Positions 1 through 14,144 of a stretch of DNA of 64,000 bases are shown in pieces. Numbering within the stretch: position 1 is the first letter of the stretch; the number at the start of each line of letters is the position of its first letter. A model generated the notes under the pieces. The model made no database searches. It worked only from the letters and a program-made list of their open reading frames with translations, and was not told where the DNA came from. The position numbers and the translations under genes are program-made. Source of the DNA: Thalia democratica (taxonomy: Eukaryota); the NCBI GenBank assembly GCA_965202585.1, contig OZ241826.1, forward strand, positions 88,970,001 to 89,034,000, read 5' to 3'.

Positions 1-2266
1 ATGACTTACATAAGCACAATGACAATTGTTAAAATCATTGAAATTTTTTCATGTGAATACATAGGATATTCGGGAGTTATTACTTGAGTTGCGTAAGCCA
101 GATACTTATTTAAATTTTTTCCTACTGACAGATCTATGCTGGACAGACCTTACATAAGACCTTACTTATCTTGTTTTAGAGCTGGCCAAGCTGTAAAGTA
201 TTGTTCTGTGTGAAAGTGCGCATAAAAATACGAAACGAAACATTTGATTTTCTTATCTCGACGGTGACATTACTTTGTCACAATCTCACCAGCCTCGGCA
301 TTGTAATGACAGTTCTTCGCAGCGTTGAAAATTTTATCACGGTTTAGTTTTAAGAGCACGGATTATATATATGGAAGTTGGAATATTTTTGTTTTTTGCT
401 GCAGATGGGTTTTCGCTTACATAATTAATGTTTTCAACTCGCATGCCATTTAAGCGCCAAGGTGTTTTCTGAAAAAGAACTAAAAAAAAGGAATAAAGAG
501 ATTTTAATCGCATTTCCAAAGCCATAGCTGCCGTTTATAACACTCTGCGCTACGAAGCAAGCAAAGCTTTCAGTTTATTTGTACACAAAACTTCTTGTAC
601 AACTAAATATATATTAAGACGTTTCGACACTTTTAACTTTTTCAAAAACCTTTTAAACTTTGGTGTGAGGTCGGTGGAGAGTTGGTCACGACAAAACAGG
701 CGGTTGTTTTTTTTTTCATCTTTTGAAAAAAAATACTTAGAAACAAACCGCTGAGACGGCCATCGCACAAACCGACGCTTTTGTAATCGATTTAAAATTT
801 TATCTGAGAAATCAGAAAGTTTCCAGCACGTGCGCACTGACACCGCAATTCAGGTTGATCTAATTAAGTGCTGAAAATTTTCGTAATATAATAATTATTT
901 AGAACAGACTTTTTAGAGCTGCAAAGAAGAATATCGTGGCGCGTAAACAAAAGAAAGTTGTTATGACTGAGACCTTTTTCATGCATTCGACGCTTTTTTA
1001 TTTGACTCATTTTTGACATTACACACGTTCGGTTCGTCTTATAACTTGGTTTTCTTGCAAGTCGGCTCGTGATGTGTACTGTGACGTAACATTTAAAAAC
1101 CTGATTGAACTTTTCGAGAGACGTGATTGTGATTTTTTATTGCAGTCGCTTTTAATTGGGCGGTTTGGTATTGTTTCAATGTTTCCTGCTACATTTTGCA
1201 AAAGCAGCAGCAAAAATAACTGCAGGGAAGCAATCAAGTGATTTCGGTTTCATTAGTGCCTTGAAAGGACAGGAAAATTTTGTTGCGAAATAAGTGACGT
1301 CACTTTGCACCGCGATGCTATAAATAATCTTGTTTCCGCAATTAGCGTTTCTGTGTGTCGAAATAACATTTTTTCGAGCTATTTTCGCGCCGAGGAAGTG
1401 ATTAAAACAGGCATCAATAACCAAGCTGTAAAAATAAAAACTGACTTGTACTAAAAACAGTTTTGACGGTTTGAGCCGAGAAAAAATTTTAAACGGAAAA
1501 TTTCAGTAATTTTAGTATTAATAGTAGCTGACTTGTTTTACAAGTAAATGTTTTAAATCTCAGATGGGAACCGATTGTGTCAAGCGTTGAAATTTATCGA
1601 AATTTAAACTCAAAATCGTGTTAAGCGTTGACCTTATCTCTAAATTTAATTGCTCCTCGAACTATTTTCACACTGAGCTAATTTGTTGTGACATCAGTTT
1701 AGAGTAATTACCGGTTAAATTGAAACTAATTGTCGCGCTATGTTATTAAATTCAAAAACAATAAGCCTTGATGTTAAATTTCACGCCTCGTCGAAAATTT
1801 TTACTTGATTTAAATTATTACAACTTGTTTGGCATTAGGCTGCTTTGTAAAGAAAAACAAAGAGCGAACTTAATTATCGCGATTTCTTGTTTTACTTGTA
1901 TGCAAATTAAACAAGGACTTGATTTTGTGTCAGCAACTGTCAACTCTTTTGTTGGCAAACTAACAAAGACGCAAACATGCATTTTTGATTAAAATTAACA
2001 TTGTTTTGACAAAGTATAATATAAAGACTGTAAAAGACGAGACTGTAAGTATAATATGTAAACGTTTTTGAAGATTTTATTTAGTTTCCTTACTTTTAAT
2101 CACTATTTAAAAATATAAAAACTTGTCTAAAATTTATTTTTTATTCAAAACAAAAGCTCAGAGTTCTTGATTTACTTTAAGAAGTTATGGGTTTGCTATG
2201 CAACTTTTCTTTTAATAGGTTAAACTGCTTACAGTAAAGTAAATACGAATTTGTTTTATTTCACTA

Positions 2267-2485
<219 letters not shown>

Positions 2486-5400
2486 TTAGCTAGGTATTTC
2501 AATAGATTTATGCAAACTTTATATTTTATTCGCGATCGGTTTCGGTGGCAAGAGATTGCGACCTTTTCAAGCAAAAGTAAAAATAAAATATTGCTATGTA
2601 TTTCAAAATTACTGTTTGTAAACAAATTTGCACCATATTAGTATCAGCTTTTAGCGAGTTTATCCTGATGAAGAGCTAAACGAAATAATTTATTAAACCT
2701 TTTTAAAATGAGTGACTTATGTTTAAACTTTTTAGTTAAAAAATGATGAGTTTTGTAGAACTTAAATTGCTACTTTGTAAGTTCAATCATGAAAATTGAG
2801 CAAAATTTGACTCTCAATAAAGTAAAACTGCATTATGTCTCACTAGAGTTTATTCAAAGTTCGTTTATTTAAAGTATATATAAAACACACACCCATGTTT
2901 GTTTATTTGTATGTATTTTTATTTTTGGAAAACGTATAACATTTTGTTGTAAATGTATTAATAACTTTCTACGATTGTTAAATTATTAATTGTTTTCAGT
3001 GTTTTTTTTTGCCTTGTAAGGTTACAAAGAACATACGTTGAATGCAAAAAAGCTGTGCAAATAGGAAACTTTCTAATGTAAATTTATTTGTTCAATGACG
3101 ATTGGTGTTTTTTTTTTGTTAAGTATTATTACTTTATTTCTTTAGTAAGTTTAGTAGTTCAACTATATCACAAATGATTTAACTTGAAGAAAACAATAAG
3201 CGTTTAAATTTTATTACTTATGAAGAAATTTGTACAATTATTTCATATTAGTGTAAAAGTATGAATTTTAAACTTGAGTTAATGTTCAAAAATTTTAAAC
3301 AGTTTCAATGAACCTGAAACTAAACCTTGAAAGCAAAGATGCAGCGCAACCTTAATCTTTGCGCTTTTATTATTGCATGACTTTACAGTTTTTGTTTACA
3401 AAACACTTGTGATTTTATATTAAAAAATTCTTTGCAACTTTGCGCGCTGCACACACGGATTACTCTTTTGTCTTTCGCACCGACGACATCACAGGGTTTC
3501 GAGTGTTGCAGATTGCATCTTTGCGGGCGTGTAAATCCTTGTTATCAAAATAGCAAAAAGTATTAACATTTTTACATACAAAACTTGAACGCTTCTTAAG
3601 CGCATTATCTCATTGTGTTTAAGCGTGAAAAGCACCCAAAAACTGATTAAATTTTGAACTTATATTTTTTACTTGAATGTTTTACGACTCTTTTTTATTG
3701 CATATACAGACTGCAAAAATAAAACAGAGTTTTTCAACGAGCTTGATAAGTCGATTGGCAAATAAACTGAAACAATAAAAGTTTAACTGCCGCTTATGCA
3801 GAGGGCACGCTTTTATATTGCTTATTGTGCAGCGCGCTTATAAAGTACGGGCAATAAAAACGGACGGTTGAGTTTTAACTGCCTCCAAGTCGAAAACGAT
3901 GAGCAAACAAAAATTGACCCACGAAAAATTTTATACACATCACGCGATAAAAAGACTTAATTTTTTTAAAGACTCGGCCAAAAAAAAAAGCTGAAAAGGC
4001 TAAAAACAATATACTCAGTATTCGTCGAAAGGGAAAAAAAAAAGCAATGCTAAAATTAATTTTTTCAAAGTTTAGGCAAAAAATTCCATTGCAAAAAAAA
4101 CCTGCACAAGACAGTGGCATGAAAAGGGCAGAAAGTTGAAACGAGAAACACTGAGTTGCTTCATTTAAAAACTTCTCACAAAAATTCCACCGCGCACACA
4201 CACAGAACGGAAGCCCAACTTGACACCGGCCGCCCGAAATAGCTTTTTCCATTTTCGAGGCTGGGTATCGCGTTTCACAGTCACGACGCGCGTTTCCTGC
4301 CAGCGGTAACACGATCTCCAAGAATGCTGGTTGATTGTGTTTGTGTACGAATGAGGTTTCACGGGCACGCGTTCCGCGGTGAAGAATTGCTGTCGGCAGA
4401 ACGCAAGCAGATCGATGTTTTATTAATATCAGCGCGTGGAGATTGATTTTTATTTAAAAAAAATTGGTGTCGAACGACTGCTGGTTGGTGCGAAGTTTTC
4501 GCTTTTCCGCTCTCTGTGTTATTGTGCGCTTTTTCGATCGATTTTTTGTTTTGTACGTGCGCAGAAAACAAACAAGGTGGAAAAGAATTGAGCTGAAATT
4601 TTGTGAAAATTTTGAAAATGTAATAAAAAAATTTGGGACTTTATTTAAGTTTAAAAAAAAATATTGATTTGGTAAAAAATGTTTAAAAGGTAAAGATAAT
4701 TGTTTTAGTTTAGTTCAACTTAAATTTTCAAAAAAGTTATTAAGATAACATTGAAGGTAGAAATATTAAGATTTTTAAGCCGTATAAGCAAAACTCAAAG
4801 TTATGAAACAGGGAGTAATTCAATATGTAGCTTGATATATCAGTGAATTACAGATAAGCTTCATACTCTACTGAGACTACTTTTGTGTTGCAACTGAAAT
4901 ACTTCTGTTTGCCGCCTTTTATATGCAAAGCAGGTATTTGATTAATGTGATGTTTTACATGCTTTGAATTTTAGAAAAGATAACAAGCTTCTTTATAACA
5001 AAACTTTTAAAAACGTTGTTAAACCATAAAAGTTTAAGAAGCAAAAAGTTTTACTTTTTAGAACTGTTGTTTGGGTAATTTTTTTAGTTTTGAGCATTTC
5101 TTTCATATACAACCTTGATACGTAACAGTTCTGGATATTTTAAAAGAAAACTTGCTGTTAAAAGCCGTAAAACTCGAGTTTTTAATTTATTCTTGCATAA
5201 AACAATAAACTTTTACCGGCAAAGTAGCAACGAAACGTTTTAAATTGTGTTAGGTTTTGCGTGCTTGAAAAAACTTCTATAAACTAACCGCTGTAATCTA
5301 CTAATTCTAAAAACACAAATTCGCATTAGTAGCGTTTTAGCGTTTCAGCTAAACTTACATAAACTTTTGTTTGAAACCGTTAAATGTTGTTTTTAAACAC

Positions 5401-7509
5401 CACTTGACTTGTTATAACACCCGAATTTTCCAACAGTTAAACCTAATTACGTTTAATGTTGTGTGACTTTAGCATTAAGTGTTTCATACTTGCTTGAACC
5501 GCTTTAATGCGAAAAAAAACAGGCTTTTTGCATGTGAAAGCGTTAAGTGTATTGCTTTAAATTGAAAAATAAAACAACATGTTATTGTTTTTATAAAAAA
5601 AGCTGATTAAAACCCGTGATATTTGAAAAATTCAACAACAACAGCCTGTAAACTTTTAAAGCTCAAAGTTTAACGGATTAGTTTTGTAAAATTCATCTGT
5701 TTTCTTGTTAAAATGATTTTCTAAAGTTGCTCAGACTTTGCATCTATTGTTTGTAAATGGGATAATTGAGCTAATCTGATTGTAAATCTCCATGATTAGG
5801 AGCTAATGAACTGAACAAATCGTAATTGCACAATTAGTTCGACTTAAGTAAGCCAGTTACATTTTAATTTCCTCTTTCCTACAACGAAACAGTTTAATCT
5901 TTTATACACGAAGCAAAAGTTCATTTAAATACTATCACTTTAAAATTTTCATTTTTTTCGAGAACTTAATTAAGAAGAAACGGCCAGTTTAGCCACGACG
6001 GACTGCGATAAAGTTCACACCAATTAATCACACTGTGCTAGTGCAAAAAAAATCTTAAAAATCTTCGGCTGCTCAGCAAAAGCGAGACAGGCCAATCCAT
6101 AAAAGTTAAGCTGTCAGCCGAAAGAGCCGAGACGCTTTAAAAAATTTCAGACCACCGAAAACTTTTGCGGGCAACCGCCAAGTTGTTTACGAAAGCAGCG
6201 GTGATCTGTGAGCGGTGAACAAAACATCGACAAATCGCACAAACAACCGAATAAACTGAATTAATCGAGTTAACGGTTTAGCAGCCCGGGGTGCCGAAGC
6301 GATTAATAACTTTCGGCTTTTGTTTACCGTCTGCCGACGACTTTCGCTCTGACCTTTTTGTCTCTGCTGCGCGCGCTCCGTCTCAATATACCGGACCTGT
6401 GGTGGGTCTGTTGCGAAACTTTCGGCGATTAATCACTCGCAGAAGCCTCGCTGCCTTTTCAATTTCAATTAATGTTGTGTGTCTGGCCAAGTTTTTTTTA
6501 TACCGTCTTTTCGTTATCTGCAGCCGGATTTGTTTTTGAAAAGATGCAAATTAAAGCTGCCTCTTATCTGCTGGTATGTTTGTTCTGGCGCAGTTTTTCG
6601 AACGAGTTTTATCAGTGGTTTTTGTTGTGTTTTCAGTACAAGATAACGGTGTTTGACAATCGACTAAATATAGAATATGCAAAACATAGTTTTAATTGTT
6701 TACTGATTGTGTAACTTAATTTAAGAATTAAATTAAAGAAAGAAATTTAAGAATAGAAGTTAAAGTTACGATAAAATTGCTGAGTTCTATTGAGAAGTGA
6801 CTGGAAAAATCATAAAACTACATCACATAATAAACTTAAATATTGTAAAAATCTCTGTTTACATAGAAAAGTAAATATGAAGTATTCCATTTACTTTTTA
6901 CTTTTTTGATATTTTATAAGCACGTTAAAAATTAAAAAGAGCATATATTTTTGTAAATTATTACTCATATTTTAGTTTAGTTATATTACCCTTAAATTTA
7001 TATTGCAAAAGTAAAACCACGCAGAGTGGAAAATTTAAATGGTAATGTAAATTACCAATGATTCTATAAATGATTAAATTATAACTTATAGGGTTCTTTT
7101 ATGTGCTGTCTGCTACTATGCTACTTAATAAAACGTTTTGCCTAAATGTATTTTTAAACTTTAACTTTCTTTTTTGTTTTTACCAAAAACAGGCTCCATC
7201 TTTTTTGAGAAAATCTAATTAGACATACAGTACTTTAATTTTTAATTCGAAATTTTAACGAAGAATAATGTTTTCGACTATAACTGCTCAAATAAATCAC
7301 TGTTATTAAATGTACATTTAATTTAAAAGTAATAAAAACGTGTAATTGTTATTTAAAATTCAAAAACGTAACAAATGTATAAGTGACTTTTATATTATAT
7401 CTAAATTTTTGTACTATATTAAGCTGTTTCAATTTTTAACAACTTATATGGTTTATACACATCTTAACTTGCCCTTTGTTTTTTTATGTATTATGTCTTT
7501 GTACAACAT

Positions 7510-7806
7510 TGCAACGTGTGTAGTCCTCATACACTTTATTTCCTTATTTTATAACTTTGTTTACCTTTGTAACGTGTGTTAATTTTCTAATAAACATTTT
7601 CTTATTTCATAATTATGTTAAACTTTGCAACGTTTATTAGTTTATTAAAATTAATTGTCTAATTTTATAAATTTGTAAAACTTTGCATCGTGTGTTGTTG
7701 TTTTAATTATTTCCTTGTTATATAATTAAGCTCAATTGTGCAACGTGTATTAGTTTTATAACATTAACTTCCTTATCTTATAATTAAAATGAATTGTGCA
7801 ACGTGT
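7510..7806. repeat. Degenerate minisatellite, 6 units of 55-58 bp with a conserved TGCAACGTGT core
   Basis: Core or a one-mismatch variant starts at 7510, 7568, 7626, 7684, 7739 and 7797. Confidence 0.8.
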
Positions 7807-8164
7807 CTTAACCTTATTTGGGCAATTCAACAAACCTAATTTAACTGGATTGCCACGAAACTTTTGACGTATTTTTTTTTGAATGTAGCTAAACTTTAAA
7901 TTTTTCTTTTTACAATACTTGTAGCTACATCAATATACCCGTTACATCGCACTAAACTTTTGTGTATTGTTTTGTAAAAAAATCTTCTATATTACTTTAA
8001 CATGCAAGGCTTTTTATAAAGACAAATCACTGATCGCTATAGTTTTAATTTGATTACAATTTTTAAAAATCTAAAAAATATCAAAACCTTACAAAAGTGC
8101 TTACTTAAGAGAAAAATTACTGCATAAAATCGTGGAGGGCGATTTTTTCTTTAAAAATTAAAAA

Positions 8165-8350
8165 TAAGAGGCGATTTAGTAAATTACTTTGAGAAACCCT
8201 GCCTTACATCAATCCCCTTATGCTTTTAGCAACACCACAAACCTTCAAATTTTTGAAAGAGGGCCATTTAGTAAATGAGTTTGGGAAACCCTGCCTTACA
8301 TCAAAACCCCCCCTTTGTGCCATTAGCAATCTAAAAAATATCAAAACCTT
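8165..8350 (-). mobile_element. Decayed tandem ends of a hAT-type MITE family next to a Su(H) donor site
   Basis: Two roughly 92-bp related units, each containing GAAACCCTG. The reverse complement CAGGGTTTCCCAAACTCATTTACTAAATGGCCCTCTTTCAAAAATTTGAA matches the left end of the 45915 MITE. Confidence 0.65.
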
Positions 8351-8370
8351 TACGCATCAACACCACAAAC

Positions 8371-8539
8371 CTTCTGGTCCAGGTTGAGCTGCTGCATGTC
8401 CTGGTCCTGGCTGCCGATGCCGATGAATATGTTGCACACGCTCGCCCCCTCCTGTTCCTCGTGGTCCTCCTCCAGGATCGCCTGCTTGATCTTCCACCCG
8501 TCCCCTTTCAGGTACACGCACGGCGGCGGGCAGAAAAAC
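8371..8539 (-). CDS. Su(H): Su(H)/RBPJ exon ([15 protein letters not shown]...[19 protein letters not shown])
   Basis: Contains [10 protein letters not shown] and FIGIG..Q.MQQLNL motifs. Acceptor ATCAG, donor AAG|GTTTGT, 169 nt, phase 2/0. Confidence 0.97.
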
Positions 8540-9388
8540 CTGATTTTTTGTTGTGAGTTTGTGAGTGGTTAAACTAACTTGCTGCTTTTTTATCAGAATC
8601 TTTGTTAGATAATGGAGTTATTGATGTTTTTGTTGATATAAATAACCGTATAAGTACATACATCATTTATTGTTGTTCTAACATTAATTTATATGTTTAT
8701 ATAGGGGAAAGAAAAGTTTGTTGGTTTTCAAGTGGTTATTAGGCTGAACTTTTTATATCTACCTTGTGTTGTTTGTTAATAAACTGTGATTAGCATGATT
8801 TAGTTTATAGTGAATAAAACTTAACGTGTTTTGTTTTTTATTAAGTATATACAGATCATTTAAGTTTTAAAGTTTGCATAACATTAGCGAACCACTTAAG
8901 TGCATATATCGCTTCATGTTAAAAAGTTTTTTTTTGAGTTAATTAATCGCCATATAAGGCTACTGTGTTTTTGTTTTTTGATCATGAGCTTACAAGTAAT
9001 TTACCTTTGAACCCATGTTTGATAAAAATAAATCATTTTTTATTATAATCAATCTTTTACCATGTTTATAAAATTTTTTTGGTCACCACAAAAAGTTTAA
9101 TGGGTTTGAAATTTTACCCATAATGCGTCTAAAACTTTTTCGCTGAGATTTTACAAAATTATATTTTTAAAAACAAAAGCACTAACTTTGAAAAACTCGT
9201 GTGTACTCTTAACACCACGGTGATTACTTAATATTTTTCATAGCTTCAAAAAAAAACAATAAAAACAGAGAACCGCAACTTGAAATTATACGCAATGCAG
9301 CTGCGAAGTACGTTGAAAATTTTGAAGTCAAACGCGCGCGTAGCAGCTTTCGCTGTGAAGTGTTTATGAAATATCTTGTTAAAATTAC

Positions 9389-9490
9389 CTTTTCTCGTTG
9401 CCGTAGCTTTTCTGCGCCACCTTGGCGTGGCAGATCTGAATTATTTGCAAGTTCTTCTCCGGGTCGTCCAGGTAGTTCTGCATCGCGATG
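9389..9490 (-). CDS. Su(H): Su(H)/RBPJ exon, start of the CSL N-terminal domain (IAMQNYLDDPEKNLQIIQICHAKVAQKSYGNEKR)
   Basis: Contains the diagnostic HAKVAQKSYGNEKR motif. Acceptor AAACAG, donor GTAATT, 102 nt, phase 2/2. Confidence 0.97.
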
Positions 9491-9729
9491 CTGTTTAAAG
9501 TAAAAATGTTGTAAATTCTATGTGCAAAAAAAATACAAATGTTTAAAAAAATCATAGAAAATAATCTTTGAAAGTTTTTAGAAATACCAATAGTAATTGT
9601 GAACTTAAAATTGTAAAAGAAACTAAAAACAGTAAGTTTAAATTATAATTTATGATCAACAAATTGTAACAAAAATAAGTAAAAAAAATGTATTGAGTTA
9701 TGACTTTGAAATTAAAAAAAAGTACTTAC

Positions 9730-9768
9730 CGTGTCACCTGCCTAGACGGATACTTTATCGCCAGTGTT
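9730..9768 (-). CDS. Su(H): Su(H)/RBPJ 39-nt exon (TLAIKYPSRQVTR)
   Basis: Acceptor TTTTTTACAG, donor GTAAGT, phase 2/2. Aligns with vertebrate RBPJ KFGERPPPKRLTR, which from memory is also a 39-nt exon. Confidence 0.85.
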
Positions 9769-10092
9769 CTGTAAAAAAATGTAATTTATTAAATTAGAAA
9801 TGAAAATATCTATCAGTTACACTTTCATTACAAAAAAAAAACATAGTTGATATCAGGTTAATATAAAAATAAAGAATATCAACGCAATACCCCAAATTCC
9901 GCAAAAAATTAAAGAAACAAACAATATAACAACGTAGTAATAAAATAAACGTTAAGTATTTATAGTTTACCAATTACAGTTCCAGTAAAAAATAAAGCTT
10001 TTTTTAGGTTAAAGTTAAACAAAAAACAAATGCACTAAGCTAAAGTCCGCAACTAAAAGTACAACAAAAAACAAAAATAAATAAACACGGAC

Positions 10093-10217
10093 TTGTGGAC
10101 ACACCAAGCCCTTTGTTCCATGACCATCATGTACTCGGTCTTTTTACTCCTGTTCCAAGTGAACTCCTCCCTCTTGGAACAGGGAGGGATGATCTGTATG
10201 CCCATGCGACAGAACAT
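10093..10217 (-). CDS. Su(H): Su(H)/RBPJ candidate alternative first coding exon (41 aa, MFCRMGIQIIPPCSKREEFTWNRSKKTEYMMVMEQRAWCVH)
   Basis: ATG at 10217 is preceded by an in-frame TAA. 125 nt = 41 codons + 2, with GC3-rich codons. Donor AA|GTCCGT (atypical +3 C) is phase 2 and joins exon 9768 in frame (AA+A=Lys). Confidence 0.5.
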
Positions 10218-12287
10218 AATTTATTTTTCAGGTACCTTCTGCAACGCGCCAAAGATTAAATGACGAAGCTTTTGAGTCTCTGGCACGCGTCGGTTGTTCG
10301 CAGGATGGCGCTGTTCGACACCGAGTTGAAGAGAGGCGACGGGTTATCGAGAGTGCGAAGATGTTATCGGGAGCCGCGCGCGGATTTTCGAGGATTAACG
10401 CGCAATAAGAGCTTCAAACTTGCTTGAAAGTCAATGAGGCGTGACGAAGTTTTTTGGCTGGCTTCTGCGCGCTGTATGTAAATATTTTTTCTTGCTATGC
10501 CCCTGCTTAAACGTCGTAGAGCCTTTTTTCGTGCTTTTTTACTTTTTCTTGTTGAAGATATTTTCCGTGTTTACGATTAGGCTTAAGTGAAATATTAGCT
10601 TTTTAAATTACTTAAATTTTTCAAATTTAAGTTTGTGTAGGAAATTATCTAATAAGGAAAAATAGAATTCTATTAGCTGCTTAATTTAAACAAGCTTTTT
10701 ATAACAGGAATTAAACAAACTTGAAATCTTAAAAACCATTAGTTTATAAATAAATTAGACAAATTAGTCTGCACAAAACCGTATGAAATAATTCCCTGTT
10801 TCAGCTCATGTAAATTTAAAGCGAGGAGAATTCTCAAAGGAAATAAATTTGCTTCAAGCCCTTCAGCTTACCAGATGTCAAGTTTCAAGCTAGAAACAAA
10901 TAACCTTTGTGAAATTTGCTGGGAGAATTTGTTTTTTTTCTTAATAAAATTTTTTATATTATATTAAATTTTAGCTGCTTCAACACAAAGTTTTGAAAAC
11001 ATAATTTTTGCAATAGCATAATTTAAGCTTACAATACTTTTTTTTTGTAACTTAACTTCTAAGGAAATTTTTATTGCTGTGTTTAAACAATCTGGTACAT
11101 TTACGTACTCTATATATTGCTTAGTAAATGTTTAACCTTATGAACTGCTGTGCCACATAATTTAAAAGCATTAGTTTGATAAAACTTAAAGCCTTTTGTG
11201 TTATTTTTCGTGTGAACAATAAAGTTTAAAATGTCAACAAAACGCTATTTTGATTGCTTTTCTAAAACTTTTCTTTTACTTGTTTACGCTTTAACTGGAC
11301 AACAAAATAAAACAGCAACAGTTTGTTTGAAGTTTGCGGCTACAAAGAAATCAATTAACATTTTTCAAAACAGAATCTATTGTCGGCCGGTTTGTTTACA
11401 ACCGAAACACCAAATAAGTTACCATTGTTTCAAAACTGAAGCAAACAAATAAGAATTTGATGAGATTTTGAAACAATGTGAAACATGCGATAAAATGCAT
11501 TAAACATTGAAACAAAGTGCAGCAAAGTTTGCATGGGATAAGAAAACATTGCTGTTTTAGCTATAAAAAGTCAATTAAAACCCGAACCTTATTTGAACAG
11601 CTTAAATTTAAGTTAAATTTAAGCTTCTGCTAGAATAGATGTTATCGGTGTAATTATGTTGTAATTTATAACTACTTGTAATTTTTATCAGGTTGCTATT
11701 CGCCACTTAAAGCTGCCAGAGCAATAAAATCTTTTGACTAATTTAAAATTTTTTTTTCAACTTATAATTTAAAATAGGTGTAATTCAGACCTTATAAATA
11801 AATTAGCAATGGACATTAAAATTAAATTTATTTCAAAATTAGTGAAATTCAAAACTTTAAAAGTTACTAAGATGTGTAATAAACTCAATTTTCATTAAGA
11901 GGTGCCAATTTTTATGATATTTTATTAGGTTTCATGCTAATTCATTAAATAGACTTTTTGGGCTAAAAATTCAATAAAAATCAAAACAAAAATCACAAGA
12001 AAAAAATTCAAAAAAGCACACAAAAAGCCAGCAAAAGAACCCAGGCGAAAAATCGCTTCTCATCACAAACTTGGAGAGCAAACGCGCAGAGAGAGGGCAA
12101 CACAGTAAAGAGTGAGTTTCAACACGGACTGTACAACATTGCGGGAGAAGGCAAAGAGAGACAAAATGGCGTTTTCGGTTTTCTTACACTCGGCATCTGG
12201 CGGGGCACACACGCACAAACCCATCCCGCTCATTTTATTATCTTCCTTGCTCACACAAGAGCGTGAAGCAGCAGCCATGAAGGCAGT

Positions 12288-12317
12288 GATGGGAAAAATT
12301 CTGCCGCTTTTCCCACG
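12288..12317. promoter_or_regulatory. Head-to-head CSL site pair in a CpG-rich intronic island
   Basis: GATGGGAA-N14-TTCCCACG, matching the RTGGGAA/CGTGGGAA consensus. A third ATGGGAA lies at 12343-12349. Confidence 0.6.
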
Positions 12318-13995
12318 ACTTGCGAGCTGTGTGCGCGTTCTTATGGGAATTTTGAAAAATTTACACAGAGTTTTTTCTACACTGGCCTTTCGCACCGCGC
12401 TTTTGACATTTTATTCATTTGTGAGTTTTTCAATTTATTTTTTTAATAAAGTTCACAACCGCCGACACGTTCGGGCGAAGCTAATCTGTTTTTAACAAGG
12501 CGATGCGAGGTTTTAAACAAAGAAAGTTTGAAACAAGACAGCCCGCAAGCCTAATCCACTTTAGATTGCTCAGAGTATAAAGTTTTAATTTTCAATCAGT
12601 AAGTTTACACATTGCCTCTCAGACCATTTTCTCTTTCAGTTTAAATTTAATACACGGCACTTAAGTTATATAGACTTATCTTTTAATAGCTTCTGTGGCT
12701 TTTAATAAAAGTTTTAGTTACAGCTTATTTCTTTTGAGCCGATGGATATTTTAAAAGCCCACACAGTGCTTAAAAAATTTACATAGTAAATCGGTCTTTC
12801 AAAATTTAACTATAAATAAACTTTGATACTAAAGGTCTGAGTCATAAACTGCTTAAATTTAAGTTTATATAATTACAAAACAGTAGCTTAAACTTAATAC
12901 GGCATAAAGAACCTAAATATGTTAAAATAAAACACTCTTTAGCAGAGTTTGCTTTAAAAAAGTAAATCTCATCTAGTAATAAGTATTGCCGTATGAATTG
13001 TATATCGCCCGTTATTATAACTCTATGAGAGTGCTATTGCTTTTTGTTCTCTACCCACAGTGCACCGTATACTTATTTGCTTTTCATCATGCTAATGCGA
13101 TGTGACTTGACAATTTGAATGTTTTAAAACTTTTGTTTTTAGGTTCTTAAAAATTTTACTTATATTTATAGATTTTAGTTTTAATTTTATAAATAAAATG
13201 TTTTTTGCTTTAATATTTAAAACAATTTAACTTGTTTTCTTTTTAATTTCACATATATTTTTACAATTCTTCGTGTCTTAACATAGCTCTACTTGAATGC
13301 TAAATGTTAGAGAAAGTCTAATTAGTTGCAAGAAAAAGCCATAATAGTTCAACTGTTTATGCAAATTACAGACCATACAGAGCAATTTCTATTAAATTAT
13401 GACAATTTTCACAATAATATGTAATTTAGTCACCTGGCAAACAGGGTAATAAATCTAATGGCAGATATATTAATATTTTTCTAACATAATATATTAAGAA
13501 AATTTGCATTGGTATTATTCACAACCAGGTAAAACTTAAGTTTCATTAGTGTAAATAAACAAATATGAACCTAATTATGAATAATGAGTAGAAAAGTATG
13601 GTATTCAGTAGCAACTTTTTTTTAAATTATTACATTCGCCCAGGCACCAAATTAATCATTTACTAGTTTTTCTCAACTTAATCTACATTGGTTTACAATA
13701 AATTTTCATCATTGACAAACAAACAAGCAGCATTTGATTTTTAATTTTGCTTTCCCATGTTAAAAGTGCCTAAAATTCAAATTAAATTGGATTTTTCAAA
13801 TCAGTTTGAACAGTGTCAGCAGAATTTTTTTTAATTAAAAAGAAACACATGACAGTGTGAGTTTTTCAAGTTTTAAAACCAGTACATCAACAATTTAAAT
13901 CATTTTTATTTTCAAAAACAAACAATACCCACCCACTACTTAAGTTGTGAGTTTTGTATCAAAATTTATGAAGTTTTATGACGGCAGTTGTTGTA

Positions 13996-14144
13996 TAAAC
14001 TAAATGGAAATGAGCTTAATTAAAAAAAATGTTAAATTACTGAGCATTGTCAAATAAACTAAATGGAAATGGACTTAATTAAAAAAATTGTTGAATTACT
14101 GAGCATTATCAAATAAACAGTGAATGGAATATGGCTTAATTAAA
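13996..14144. repeat. 59-bp tandem repeat, about 2.5 copies
   Basis: TAAACTAAATGGAAATG...CTTAATTAAAA starts at 13996, 14055 and 14114. Confidence 0.9.

Noticed and set aside
1-2200. Next Su(H) exon (expected [25 protein letters not shown]-like)
   Set aside because: No such translation or GC3-rich block was found; it must lie left of the window.
7510-7806. CRISPR-like repeat-spacer appearance
   Set aside because: The core is only 10 bp, the spacers are mutually related, no cas genes are present, and the context is a spliceosomal intron.
12186-12233. Third Su(H) first exon encoding MSGMGLCVCAPPDAE (lipidation-like motif)
   Set aside because: The in-frame donor (GTGTAA) is poor, and the better donor (GTAAGA) gives an immediate TAA on joining exon 9768.
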